DNA of 60,339 nucleotides, filler included. It is 5 parts of 5 records of this genome, joined end to end, with 100 filler letters (N's around TTAATTAATTAA, not from the genome) between each part and the next. Parts side by side here need not be neighbours in the genome. Positions count along the whole stretch, not along the records: positions 48,662 to 60,339 come from SRR31156797_28686; 4 more parts are not named here. One strand, given 5' to 3'. Made by a program: the position numbers and the translations under genes. Positions 50,744-60,264 of the stretch are shown here, one piece after another; the stretch's first letter is position 1; each line of letters starts with the position of its first letter. The notes under the pieces were generated by a model. It was not told where the DNA came from. It did no database searches and saw only the letters and a program-made list of their open reading frames with translations.

Positions 50744-52180
50744 TTATCTGCTGATTTCGTGTTTTTTGAGTAAAGAATACAAACGGCTGCGGCCCAGTCC
50801 GGTGATTTCGCAGGCCTGATTGATATTCCAATTGGTGTAGGTCAGCACCCGGTTCAGGTATTCGTATTCAAGTTTGCTGAGTGCTTCGTTCTTGAAATCC
50901 TTGTAAGTTGGCGGGCAGCGCGGCTCATCATCCTGCGGAACTGTTTGCGGTTCTCGGAAAATTGTTTCGCTTTCATTTGTTGCCACTTGTTCCGCAACAT
51001 GTAATCGGGATTGGATCGCAGCGGTGCGCAACCGTTCCGGTAAATGGTGCTGGAAAATCTGCGGTTCGTTCATGGCGGCGATGAATGCGCTCTCCAAGGC
51101 TCCGGCCAGTTCGCGGATATTCCCGGTCCATAGGTGCTCCTTGAGAATTTCAAGAGCTTCCGGGGAAAATTTTTTGGGTTCAGAGCGGTAGCGTTCAGCA
51201 ATGCGAGCGTTGAAATGTTCTGCCAACAACTCTAGATCTTCCAAACGTTCGCGCAGGGGCGGCAGCTGGATGGTCATGGTTTGCAAACGGTAGAGCAGAT
51301 CACTGCGGAATGTGGACTGGACAGCCATTTTATTTAAGTTCTGGTTGGTAGCGGCTACCAGCCTGAAATCGCTGTAGACCTCATCCTTGCCGCCTACTGG
51401 CCGGAATTTCTTTTCCTGCAAAACGCGCAGAAATTTGCGCTGGCTCTCTAAGGGCAGTTCCCCGATTTCATCAAGGAAAAGGGTTCCCCCGTCAGCTTCG
51501 CGAATGAGTCCGCCACTGGGTTGATCCGCTCCGGTAAAAGCGCCTTTGACATGTCCGAAAAGAGTGCTTTCAATTAGGCTCTCCGGAATGGCTGCACAAT
51601 CTACGGTTACGAACCGCTTGCTGGAGCGGGGACTGTTCTCATGCAGGGCGCGGGCAAAGAGTTCTTTTCCGGTCCCGGTCTCTCCGGTGATGAGAACTGC
51701 GGCATCGCTCCGCGCAGCTTCCCACATGCTGTTCAAAGCTTTCTTGAGGACGAAGCTCTCACCGACGATTCCGGAACGTTTGGCGGGAGCTTCCGGTTGC
51801 ATATTGGCGGCGAGGTTGTCGCGGTATTGCAGAACACGCTTCAGGGGCAGCAGAATTTTTTTGGGTGAAAGCGGTTTTTGCAGGTAATCCCACGCTCCGT
51901 TGCGGATAGCCAGTTCCACTCCGTCCGGGTCGCCCTGTCCGGTCATGATGATTACTTCCGGTGCGACAGGCAGTTCTTTCAAACGGGGCAGAAGGTCAAG
52001 GCCGTTGCCGTCCGGTAGCCTGACATCAAGGAAGACAGCATCAAATTTCCCGGATAACCCTTTGTGCATTCCGTCAGTCAGGGAGTGTGTTGCTTCCGCG
52101 CTGTGGCCGATATTCTGGATCAGCTCAGTGAGGAAATTGCAGGTGGGCTTGTCATCATCTACGATCAAAACATGGGCCAT
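50744..52180 (-). CDS. Sigma54-dependent NtrC-family response regulator (REC-AAA+-HTH)
   Basis: VLIVDDD, FLDVRLPDG, GETGTGKE, GAFTGA, LFLDEIGE, C-terminal Fis HTH. Confidence 0.96.
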   Translation of the reverse strand: MAHVLIVDDDKPTCNFLTELIQNIGHSAEATHSLTDGMHKGLSGKFDAVFLDVRLPDGNGLDLLPRLKELPVAPEVIIMTGQGDPDGVELAIRNGAWDYLQKPLSPKKILLPLKRVLQYRDNLAANMQPEAPAKRSGIVGESFVLKKALNSMWEAARSDAAVLITGETGTGKELFARALHENSPRSSKRFVTVDCAAIPESLIESTLFGHVKGAFTGADQPSGGLIREADGGTLFLDEIGELPLESQRKFLRVLQEKKFRPVGGKDEVYSDFRLVAATNQNLNKMAVQSTFRSDLLYRLQTMTIQLPPLRERLEDLELLAEHFNARIAERYRSEPKKFSPEALEILKEHLWTGNIRELAGALESAFIAAMNEPQIFQHHLPERLRTAAIQSRLHVAEQVATNESETIFREPQTVPQDDEPRCPPTYKDFKNEALSKLEYEYLNRVLTYTNWNINQACEITGLGRSRLYSLLKKHEISR

Positions 52181-52183
52181 TGT

Positions 52184-54697
52184 TTACATCTCCCTGAGGT
52201 CGATAAATTTTGCCACAGCTTCATTCAGTTCCCTGATGCTGACCGGTTTTTTGAGCAGTGCAGCCAGCCCCAGTCCTTCGGCTTTACTTTCATCAAAGCG
52301 GGAACTGTACCCGGTGCAGAGTACGACCGGAAGATCCGGCCTTATTTCCATTACCTTGCGGGCCAGTTCATCCCCGGCCATCCCCGGCATGTTGTAGTCA
52401 GTGAGCATCAGGCTGTATGATTCCGGGTTGTTGCGGAAAGCTTCAAAAGCTTGCAGGGGATCAGAAAAAGGATTCACCGAGTATCCGAATTTTTCCAGCA
52501 CTTCTGTGTAGGATACCAGCAGGTCCTGCTGGTCATCTACAAAGAGTATACGCCCAACTCCATGTTCTGAATCTTTGAAATCTTCAATGTTGTCCACCGG
52601 TATGTCCTCACACAGGGGAAATGAAAGACTGAATTCAGTCCCTTTTCCGGGTGTGCTGTCCACTTTGATCTGTCCGCCATAAGAGGTGACGATTCCAGCA
52701 ACTACTGCCAGCCCCAGTCCGGTTCCTTCTCCCGGAGGTTTGGTGGTGAAAAAGGGATCGAAAATGCGTTCGAGCACTTCTTTCTCCATGCCTGGACCGT
52801 TATCCCTTATCCGCATCATGACTGCCCGTTCGGGGGCTATGTCTGTTCCGCTGATCAGATCCTGCGGGACGCGGTTTCCAGTGCGTAGGGCTATTTTAAT
52901 TTCCCCGCCTTCTTTATCCATGGCCTGCGCAGCATTCATGCACAGGTTCATGATTACCTGTGAAATCTGGGTGGAGTTGGCCATGACGACCACATCTTCT
53001 TCAAGCTCGAGGTCTATCGAACAAGTCTGGGGCAGGGAAGCGCGCAGCAAACTCTCGGTTTCCTTTATCAATCCATCCAGCTTAAGCGGCTTGGCGGATT
53101 CGTTGCGCGGACGGGCAAAGTCGAGTACTTGGCGGACCACATCTCGGCCCCGGTAGGCGGCGGTCAGGATTGCGCTTACTTTGTCATTCGTTCCTTCATC
53201 TTCCAGCTGGTGGAACATCTCAATCATTTCCCCGTTAGCGATAATTGCTCCAAGGATATTGTTAAAGTCGTGGGCAATTCCGCCAGCCATTGTCCCCAGA
53301 GATTCCATGCGTTGAGCACGCAGAATCTGCTTGTCTTTCTCCAGCAGGCGGAGTTCGGCACGTTTGCGGCTCAATACCTGTTCAAAGGTGGGAACCAGAC
53401 TTTCAAAAACCAGTACTGATTCATCAGAGAAGATTTCATCGCGGGCAATTCCGGCAACCAGCTGCTCCCGCCCGCTGTTGCGGAAACGGACCAGGATGAG
53501 GTGGCGGGGTATGCCGTAGTTGGCGTCAGCACAGGTTTTCAGGTCAATCTGCCCGCTGCGTTTTTCGCAGGTTTGTTTCACTGTTTCCGTATGGATGGGT
53601 AGGAAATCAAGGTCTATTCCGGGGCTGGTGCAGCGGATATCAAGGCCTGATTCGGTTTGCACCGCGAGAAAGGCCAGTTCAGCTTGAATGGTTTCCAGTA
53701 TACGGGCCAGACATATTTCACAGGTATCCTGTTCAGTAGAGGCTGTGATGGACTGCATGAGCATGTTGTTTACCGCTTCGAGGGTGGCGGTGCGCTTGCG
53801 GACAACACTTTTAAGGCTGGCATTCCAGCCGAGGATCAGGGCGAAACCGCCAAGGCAGAGACCGGAAATGAGCAGGGTCCAAGCAATGAGTCGGTCATCC
53901 TTATAAAAAGGAACTGTCTCGTGGGTGAACCATTTTTTATGTATCTCGGAATGTTCATCCGGTGAAACGGAATTCAGCGCGGTGAGCAGTTCTGTGCGCA
54001 AACGGTCCATGCCTCTACGCACAGCCATGCCGCGTACCGCTACGTAGTCGGTGAACCCGGAAATTTCCATGTCCTCAAAACGCTCTCGTTCCAGTAAGTT
54101 GGCGGCAACGGCAAGATCAAGCACAGCTGCGTCAGCATCACCAACGAGCACTGCCTCAAGTGTGGATGACGGCGGACCGTTGATGGAGAGCAGCTCAATG
54201 TTGTCCCCATATAGTTTCTCAATGTAGGTACGTATTCCGGCTCGGTAGGGAAGGGCTACGGTTTTACCTTTTAGGGAGTTAAGATTTTCCCCGTATCCTG
54301 AATCCTCACGGGTGATAATCACCGTAGGCTGCTGAATGTATGGAAAGATGAAATCCATATTTTTTAACAGCTCCGGAGTCCGCTCCACCAGCGGGATGAA
54401 ATCAACATCACCCAGTTCCACGGCCAGAAACATACGTTCCTGATCCGTGCAGCGGGTTCGTTTGAATTCCCGGTCCAGCTTTTTGCTCAATAAACGCACA
54501 TAGTCGGCGGTTATGCCCGAATAATTCCCCTTGTTGTCTACAAATTCATAGGGGGAGGAATTCATGCAGGTTCCCAGCTTGATGACTGCCTGGACATGGC
54601 TTCCCTCAAGAGTCGTGTTCTCATTGCCTGCAGCCGGTCCGACAAGGACCGTCCACAGGATGCTGAGCATTAAAAACAGTGCTGGAAATGTGCGCAT
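52184..54697 (-). CDS. Hybrid sensor kinase with periplasmic solute-binding (Venus-flytrap) domain
   Basis: Signal peptide, SBP_bac_3-like domain (PYEFVD..G..SGITADY), TM, AGGIAHDFNNIL, FDPFFTTK..GEGTGLGL, C-terminal REC. Confidence 0.93.
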   Translation of the reverse strand: MRTFPALFLMLSILWTVLVGPAAGNENTTLEGSHVQAVIKLGTCMNSSPYEFVDNKGNYSGITADYVRLLSKKLDREFKRTRCTDQERMFLAVELGDVDFIPLVERTPELLKNMDFIFPYIQQPTVIITREDSGYGENLNSLKGKTVALPYRAGIRTYIEKLYGDNIELLSINGPPSSTLEAVLVGDADAAVLDLAVAANLLERERFEDMEISGFTDYVAVRGMAVRRGMDRLRTELLTALNSVSPDEHSEIHKKWFTHETVPFYKDDRLIAWTLLISGLCLGGFALILGWNASLKSVVRKRTATLEAVNNMLMQSITASTEQDTCEICLARILETIQAELAFLAVQTESGLDIRCTSPGIDLDFLPIHTETVKQTCEKRSGQIDLKTCADANYGIPRHLILVRFRNSGREQLVAGIARDEIFSDESVLVFESLVPTFEQVLSRKRAELRLLEKDKQILRAQRMESLGTMAGGIAHDFNNILGAIIANGEMIEMFHQLEDEGTNDKVSAILTAAYRGRDVVRQVLDFARPRNESAKPLKLDGLIKETESLLRASLPQTCSIDLELEEDVVVMANSTQISQVIMNLCMNAAQAMDKEGGEIKIALRTGNRVPQDLISGTDIAPERAVMMRIRDNGPGMEKEVLERIFDPFFTTKPPGEGTGLGLAVVAGIVTSYGGQIKVDSTPGKGTEFSLSFPLCEDIPVDNIEDFKDSEHGVGRILFVDDQQDLLVSYTEVLEKFGYSVNPFSDPLQAFEAFRNNPESYSLMLTDYNMPGMAGDELARKVMEIRPDLPVVLCTGYSSRFDESKAEGLGLAALLKKPVSIRELNEAVAKFIDLREM

Positions 54698-54717
54698 TTA
54701 TTTTCCTTTGCGAATCC

Positions 54718-56385
54718 TTATTTACCGAACGGACATTTGGGGAATGAGCAGTGCGCACATTCCATGCACATGGAGCCGTTAGCCATGACCGCAAGGTCGC
54801 TGCGGGTTATTTCAAGCCCAGCCAGCAAGCGGGGCAGGAGCAGGTCCATGCTGGTGTGTTTGTGGAACAGGGCACAGGCCGGAACACCGATGGTCTGCAC
54901 TCCATTAATATTGCCCAGCAGGGTCATTGCCCCGGGCAGGATGGGGGCGCCGTGCAGGATATTGCCCAGTCCGGCGTCTATGAGTCCCTGACGGGTCACA
55001 TCGTCCGGGTCCACGGACAGCCCCGCAGTGGTGATGATCAGGTCGCAACCTGTGTCAACCAGCGACTGTGCGGCTTTGGCAATCTGTTCCCGGTCATCCG
55101 GGCAGATCACGGTTTTTTTGATACCGCTGCCCAACGCGGCCAGTTTACCAGCAATAATGCCTTCAAAACGGTCCTGAATCAATCCGTTGAAAACTTCATT
55201 CCCGGTTATGAGCACTCCGGCCTTTGCTGCGCGGAGCGGTTTTACATTGAAAATGGGGCCGTCTTCAAGTACACGCAGGGCTTTCTCGTATTCATCCCGC
55301 TGCAGGAAAAGAGGGATGGCCCGTGTCCCTGCAATACTGACTCCTTTTGATATCAAGGAGTAACCCTTGCGGCAGGCGGCCATTACACCGGGTACATGGT
55401 TGAACGCTTCAAGGCGGTCAACGGCTACAGTGAGCATCCCGGCAGCGGAAGTGATTAATTCCATCTTGCCTTCTTTGGGGGCTCCTTGAGTCTCAATATT
55501 TTCACCGCACATGAGTTTCGCGAAACTGCGGGCGCAGTCGTTTTCATGTACCCAGTCTTCACCCAGTTCGGATTCAGTTACGTATATTGAATTTTTACCG
55601 ATGCGCTGTAAGCGGCAGAGATCGCCCACTTCAAAGGTATGCCCCTTACGGAAAGCCGGACCTTTACTTTTACCCGGTTCAATGCGGGTCATATCGTGCA
55701 TGGCTTCCTTGCCTACGGCTTCCTCAAGGGGCACTGTTTTGATTGAATCGGGGAAGGCCGGAGTAACGGTGGAATCGCCTAAGACTTGTTTGTAGGGGCT
55801 GTCGCCTTGGCAGGCGCGGCATATTGCACCATGGTAGCGGGGGTAAGGTTCTCCGCATACCGGACAGTCTGCAATCTTGCCTTTGCTTCGTTTTTTCATG
55901 ATCCCGTCGGTGACGGTTACTTTTTCAAAATTGCAGATGGAGGCTCCGGCGAGTGAAATCTGGCGTTGCAGCAGGGCGGTGTCCTGCTCCGGTTTGGGTT
56001 TAAGTTTGTAGAGCCATGTTTTTAGTTCTCCGTATTTGTCCATTTTTTTCGGACAAACCGATACGCGAAGTCCTTCTCCGGTGTATTTATCGTAAAGAGT
56101 TACTGCATACCTGCCGAGATTTTCGACTCTCAGCCAGCCGTTACCGATGGTACATGGAGTCAGCATCTGAGCAGCGTCAGGCAGACACCATGGTGTTTCA
56201 GCCAGCACTTCGTAGAGAGTTCCTTCGGGCATCTGGGCTTTGGCTGCTTCAATCATATATCCGCCCAGCATCAGTCCCGGTGCGGGGTAATTGTGAAACA
56301 GGGTCGCCATGTCTTTAAACTCTTGATATGAATAGCTGCCGATAGGTAGCTCGTCGCCTTTTATTTCTATTTCGTGATCGCTCAT
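54718..56385 (-). CDS. FmdE-family domain + Zn ribbon + MoeA/MogA-like molybdopterin-binding domain fusion
   Basis: FHNYPAPG, WCLPDAAQMLTPCTIGNG (FmdE), CPVCGE..CRAC, LITGNE, TTAGLSVDPDDVT, PILPGAM, C-terminal CMECAHCSFPKCPFGK. Confidence 0.88.
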   Translation of the reverse strand: MSDHEIEIKGDELPIGSYSYQEFKDMATLFHNYPAPGLMLGGYMIEAAKAQMPEGTLYEVLAETPWCLPDAAQMLTPCTIGNGWLRVENLGRYAVTLYDKYTGEGLRVSVCPKKMDKYGELKTWLYKLKPKPEQDTALLQRQISLAGASICNFEKVTVTDGIMKKRSKGKIADCPVCGEPYPRYHGAICRACQGDSPYKQVLGDSTVTPAFPDSIKTVPLEEAVGKEAMHDMTRIEPGKSKGPAFRKGHTFEVGDLCRLQRIGKNSIYVTESELGEDWVHENDCARSFAKLMCGENIETQGAPKEGKMELITSAAGMLTVAVDRLEAFNHVPGVMAACRKGYSLISKGVSIAGTRAIPLFLQRDEYEKALRVLEDGPIFNVKPLRAAKAGVLITGNEVFNGLIQDRFEGIIAGKLAALGSGIKKTVICPDDREQIAKAAQSLVDTGCDLIITTAGLSVDPDDVTRQGLIDAGLGNILHGAPILPGAMTLLGNINGVQTIGVPACALFHKHTSMDLLLPRLLAGLEITRSDLAVMANGSMCMECAHCSFPKCPFGK

Positions 56386-56420
56386 TATGACCTCCAGATT
56401 AACAAAATATTTATTATAAG

Positions 56421-56437
56421 ATCAAAGAATGCACCAA
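56421..56437 (-). promoter_or_regulatory. Possible non-consensus sigma54 promoter (TTGGTGCATTCTTTGAT)
   Basis: Correct -24/-12 spacing but TTGA instead of TTGC. About 36 bp upstream of the ATG. Confidence 0.45.
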
Positions 56438-56508
56438 ATACAAATATGGCTAAAATTAAAGATAGTTGCGTGGTTGGTGCGGTCAGCTTTGAATATGGCT
56501 GTATATTT

Positions 56509-56560
56509 TGTCCGCTAATAGTGTACGCTGGTGGGGTTTGGTGTCCATAAAAAGTGGAAT
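56509..56560. promoter_or_regulatory. Two dyads matching the torC UAS (TGTCCGCTAATAGTGTACG; TGTCCATAAAAAGTGGAAT)
   Basis: Same TGTCC-N7-GTG(G/T)A frame as 50721-50739, 33 bp apart. Confidence 0.6.
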
Positions 56561-56688
56561 GTCTATGGGGGTGATGTTTAGCGACTGTGGTTAAGGGGTT
56601 GAGTCAGCATAAATGAATAAATCTTATTTTAAGTTCAAGGGGCTGCTATGTATTGCAAACATCAGAGGTGGTCTTTTTTTTGGACAGG

Positions 56689-56719
56689 GTATGAAAAAAA
56701 TCTTGATTTTTTTTCATAC
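56689..56719. promoter_or_regulatory. Long near-perfect palindrome GTATGAAAAAAATC-TT-GATTTTTTTTCATAC, candidate TetR operator
   Basis: Upstream of the TetR gene, centred on a TTGATT -35-like hexamer. Confidence 0.5.
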
Positions 56720-56845
56720 TTGGTATTGAATTGAATATAGAAAAATTGTCGCTTTTTTAAAATCTGACGTGGTATTCGCATGCATCCAGCCTCATGTGTT
56801 TTGCCACGTTTTATCTTTGTTTTTCAAAAAATATATAAGGATACC

Positions 56846-57553
56846 ATGAAATCTTCGAAAGCTCGGACGCGGCTTAAACAGCAGCGAACCATCAAGTATT
56901 TTATAGACGCTGCTAATGAGATAATTATGAAAGAGGGGCTTAGTGCGGTCACGATTCGTAAAACAGCCGACCTTGCAGGTTACACTAGTGCTACTCTTTA
57001 TAACTATTTCGACAACTTACAGCATCTGATTTTCTTGGCTACAATGACCTATATTGAGGAATATAACGAAGCTCTTCCCAGCTACTTGAAAGGGTGTGAG
57101 AATTCCATTGAGAGGTATATGGCAGTCTGTAAATGTTTTGCTGAACATTCTTTTGCTCAGCCGGAAATTTATGAGCTGTTATATTTTACCCATAGTGATG
57201 AGAAGTTGGAGGAGTATACACAACAGTATTACGATCTTTTCCCGGAAAAGATTGTTAAAGACTGGCCTGCTCCGCTGAATAAAATCTATGTGCTGAACAG
57301 TATTTATTCCCGCAGTTATATGATGCTTGAAGACTGTGTGCAGGATGGGTTCATTAACTCGGAAAAAGCGAAGGATTTCAACGATGTTAACCTTCGTGTA
57401 TATAAGACTATTTTACAGGATGTTCAGCTCGATCAGCTTAACAGGGGTGAGGCTATCGCTATGACGATGAAATATTATTCTCAGCTTATGGATTGCTATA
57501 TGAATTCAGAAGCACGTCCGCTGCTTAAAGCTGCTATGAATAAACTCTCCTGA
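56846..57553 (+). CDS. TetR/AcrR-family regulator
   Basis: FIDAANEII..EGLSAVTIRKTADLAGYTSATLYNYF. ATG at 56846 follows AAGGA. Confidence 0.92.
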   Translation: MKSSKARTRLKQQRTIKYFIDAANEIIMKEGLSAVTIRKTADLAGYTSATLYNYFDNLQHLIFLATMTYIEEYNEALPSYLKGCENSIERYMAVCKCFAEHSFAQPEIYELLYFTHSDEKLEEYTQQYYDLFPEKIVKDWPAPLNKIYVLNSIYSRSYMMLEDCVQDGFINSEKAKDFNDVNLRVYKTILQDVQLDQLNRGEAIAMTMKYYSQLMDCYMNSEARPLLKAAMNKLS

Positions 57554-57592
57554 TTTAGACTAAACTTGATTTAATGTTATCAAGGGAAAAAT

Positions 57593-58213
57593 ATGCAGAT
57601 CAAAAAATTTGTTCTTAGTCCGTTTCAGACAAACGGCTACCTGCTTTACGAAAACGGGGAAGCTGTTTTTGTCGATCCCGGCGATGATCCGGCTGAGGTT
57701 GTGAGTTTTATACAGTCTGAAGGGCTTAATTTGACTCATATTCTTATCACCCACATGCACAGTGATCACTTTTATGGTGCTGCAAAATTGGCGGCAGCTA
57801 CTGGTGCCCGGATAATGGGTGGGGAAGGCGATGCCTTTTTGGTTGAAAGTGAGATCAAGGATGCTCCCCGTTGGGGATTTCCCCTATTGGCTGAGGAATT
57901 TTCATTTACGCCTATAGCACTCGGCAAGCACCAGTTTATCGGGAAAACGTGTGATGTTCTTCCTACTCCAGGACACACGCCGGGAAGTTTGACCTTTTCT
58001 TTTCCCGAAGATGGGGTTGCTTTTGTCGGCGATCTGATTTTCTTTAGAAATATTGGGCGTACAGATTTCCCCGGTGGGGATATGGAGTCTCTCCTTAATT
58101 CTGTCCGGACTCAGATTTTCAGCCTTCCCGACGAAACCATTCTTTATCCGGGGCACGAAAGGTCCACCAATGTGGGCGATGAAAAGACTTACAATTCCCA
58201 CTTCAACCGCTAG
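57593..58213 (+). CDS. MBL-fold hydrolase, glyoxalase II/YcbL-like
   Basis: THMHSDH, TPGHTPGS, GDLIF...GRTDFPGG, YPGH. Confidence 0.92.
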   Translation: MQIKKFVLSPFQTNGYLLYENGEAVFVDPGDDPAEVVSFIQSEGLNLTHILITHMHSDHFYGAAKLAAATGARIMGGEGDAFLVESEIKDAPRWGFPLLAEEFSFTPIALGKHQFIGKTCDVLPTPGHTPGSLTFSFPEDGVAFVGDLIFFRNIGRTDFPGGDMESLLNSVRTQIFSLPDETILYPGHERSTNVGDEKTYNSHFNR

Positions 58214-58251
58214 TCTTTGCGCTTGATAGCGCTTTTTTTAGACTGTCTCTT

Positions 58252-58300
58252 AAGGCAGGTCCAAGGCTGTGATTTCACAGTTACGGGCCTGTCTTTTTTT
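58252..58300 (+). terminator. Rho-independent terminator
   Basis: AGGCAGGTCC..GGCTGTGA-TT-TCACAGTT..GGGCCTGTCT stem followed by a T-run. Confidence 0.75.
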
Positions 58301-58310
58301 GTCTTGAGAA

Positions 58311-58536
58311 TTGTTACAGGTTTCACAAGGGTGATGGAATAGTCCCTTCAAAATGGGGGATTTTTCTATTTCTGGTCCAAATTAGTGCGTTCTTAGCAAA
58401 AAAATACTCAACCTAAGAGATTAAAATTATAGCTTAATTTTCTGTGGCGAGATATCTGATCATGATTTTTTAATAAAAGCGATTGCAAAAAGATCGTGAT
58501 TGTGACAAAAAACACAGACAGAAAATGACCACGATC
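58311..58536. promoter_or_regulatory. Candidate CRP/FNR- or Rex-type boxes upstream of caiT: TTGTTA-N6-TCACAA (58311-58328), TGTGA-N6-ACACA (58501-58516) inside GATCGTG/CACGATC arms
   Basis: One-mismatch matches to TGTGA-N6-TCACA. Confidence 0.45.
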
Positions 58537-58693
58537 ATTTTTCTTTGTCTGATTATATGAGCTGTTCTGAAGGTGATGACTACAGACGTGCTCTGGGTGT
58601 TGAGGATGAGCGCATTGTCTTGAGCTCTGGGGGGTACGAGCGAGTATCGGCTGGCTCTGTACAAATATTTCTAAACTATGTGGAGTGTTTCGA

Positions 58694-60208
58694 ATGAAGC
58701 CTAATAAAAGCGAAAAAGTGAAAATTGAACCGAAAGTCTTTTTTCCCTCGCTGATTATTGTGGGGTTACTGGGGTATCTTACCGTAAGGGATTTGGATGC
58801 AGCCAATGAGGTCATTAACTCACTGTTTAGCTATGTCACCAACTCATGGGGTTGGGCATTCGAGTGGTACATGGTTGTAATGATGGCCGGCTGGGCTTGG
58901 ATGGTTTTCGGACCGTGGAAAGATAAAAAGCTCGGTGAAGGGGAACCTGAATTCAAAACTCTGAACTGGATTTTCTTGCTGTTTGCCTCTGCTACTTCTG
59001 CTGCGGTCTTGTTTTGGGGAACATATGAGGCATACTGCTATACCTCTACCCCTCCGTTTGGACTTGAACCTTTCTCTATTGCCTCCAAGGAATGGGGACT
59101 TGCCTACAGTCTTTTTCACTGGGGTCCGTTGGCATGGGCCGGTTACGCATTTTTTACTGTTGCTTTCGGTTATTTTCTTTTCGTAAAAAAAATCAACGTC
59201 ATGCGCCCAAGTGGAACACTTGCTCCGCTCATAGGTGAAAAACATTGCAAAGGCATTATCGGTGCAATCGTCGACAACATGTACATTGTCGGCCTGATTC
59301 TCGCCATGGGGACCAGCCTCGGACTGTCTACACCTCTGGTTACGGAGTGTATCGAGTGGCTCTTTGGCGTTCCTCATACCCTTCAGTTAGACGCGCTGAT
59401 CATTGCCAGCTGGATTATTCTTAACGCTATCTGCGTGGCATTTGGTCTCAACAAAGGCATCAAGCTCGCCTCTGATATACGCAGTTACCTTATGCTCGCT
59501 CTTCTGATTTGGGTCTTCTGCGTTAGCGGAACCACTTTTATCCTGAATTACTTTACCGACTCTGTCGGCATTATGCTGAACAACTTTGCTCGTATGGCGT
59601 TTTACACTGATGCCATTGCTGAGGGTGGTTTCCCGCAGGGTTGGACTGTTTTCTACTGGGCCTGGTGGGTTATCTACGGCATCCAGACTTGCCTGTTTCT
59701 CGCTCGCATCTCCCGTGGACGTACTGTCCGTCAGGTATGCGTAGGTATTGTTGGCGGTCTGACAGCAACTACTTGGTTTATCTGGACTGTCTTGAGCGGT
59801 AACACCATGCATCTCATCCATAAGGGTATTCTTAATATGCCTGAATTGGTGGCAAAGCATGGAGCTCCTCGCGCAGTGATCGAAACCTGGGCTGCATTGC
59901 CTTTAAGTACTGCCACCATGATCGCATTCTTCGTGCTCTGCTTCATCGCTACGGTCACCTTGATCAACGCTTGCTCTTACACCTTGGCAATGTCCACCTG
60001 CACTGAAGCTGACGGCTACAGCGAACCCCCTATCTGGGTACGCGTCGGCTGGTCCATTCTCGTAGGTATCATCGGCGTTACCCTGCTTGCTCTGGGTGGT
60101 CTCAAACCGCTTCAGACTGCGATCATCGCAGGTGGTGGACTGCTCTTCTTTGTTAACCTCGCTATTATCTGGTCCTTCCTCAAGGATGCAAAGGCCACTA
60201 ACTGGTAA
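58694..60208 (+). CDS. caiT: L-carnitine/gamma-butyrobetaine antiporter (BCCT family)
   Basis: Collinear with E. coli CaiT as I recall it ([49 protein letters not shown]). 504 aa from ATG 58694. Confidence 0.93.
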   Translation: MKPNKSEKVKIEPKVFFPSLIIVGLLGYLTVRDLDAANEVINSLFSYVTNSWGWAFEWYMVVMMAGWAWMVFGPWKDKKLGEGEPEFKTLNWIFLLFASATSAAVLFWGTYEAYCYTSTPPFGLEPFSIASKEWGLAYSLFHWGPLAWAGYAFFTVAFGYFLFVKKINVMRPSGTLAPLIGEKHCKGIIGAIVDNMYIVGLILAMGTSLGLSTPLVTECIEWLFGVPHTLQLDALIIASWIILNAICVAFGLNKGIKLASDIRSYLMLALLIWVFCVSGTTFILNYFTDSVGIMLNNFARMAFYTDAIAEGGFPQGWTVFYWAWWVIYGIQTCLFLARISRGRTVRQVCVGIVGGLTATTWFIWTVLSGNTMHLIHKGILNMPELVAKHGAPRAVIETWAALPLSTATMIAFFVLCFIATVTLINACSYTLAMSTCTEADGYSEPPIWVRVGWSILVGIIGVTLLALGGLKPLQTAIIAGGGLLFFVNLAIIWSFLKDAKATNW

Positions 60209-60218
60209 ATAATCCAAT

Positions 60219-60241
60219 GGGGGAAGTGTAAAGCTTCCCCC
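60219..60241 (+). other. Intercistronic hairpin GGGGGAAG-N7-CTTCCCCC
   Basis: 8-bp stem between caiT and caiA without a T-tract. Possible mRNA stability element. Confidence 0.5.
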
Positions 60242-60264
60242 TTGATAAAAAAGGAGATTCACTC

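Noticed and set aside
17458..59860. Long antisense or alternate-frame ORFs (e.g. 17458-17910, 23125-23814, 28008-28634, 30051-30818, 34291-34887, 49215-49985, 54751-55350, 58844-59377)
   Set aside because: They overlap well-supported genes and have no motifs. Shadow ORFs expected from codon bias.
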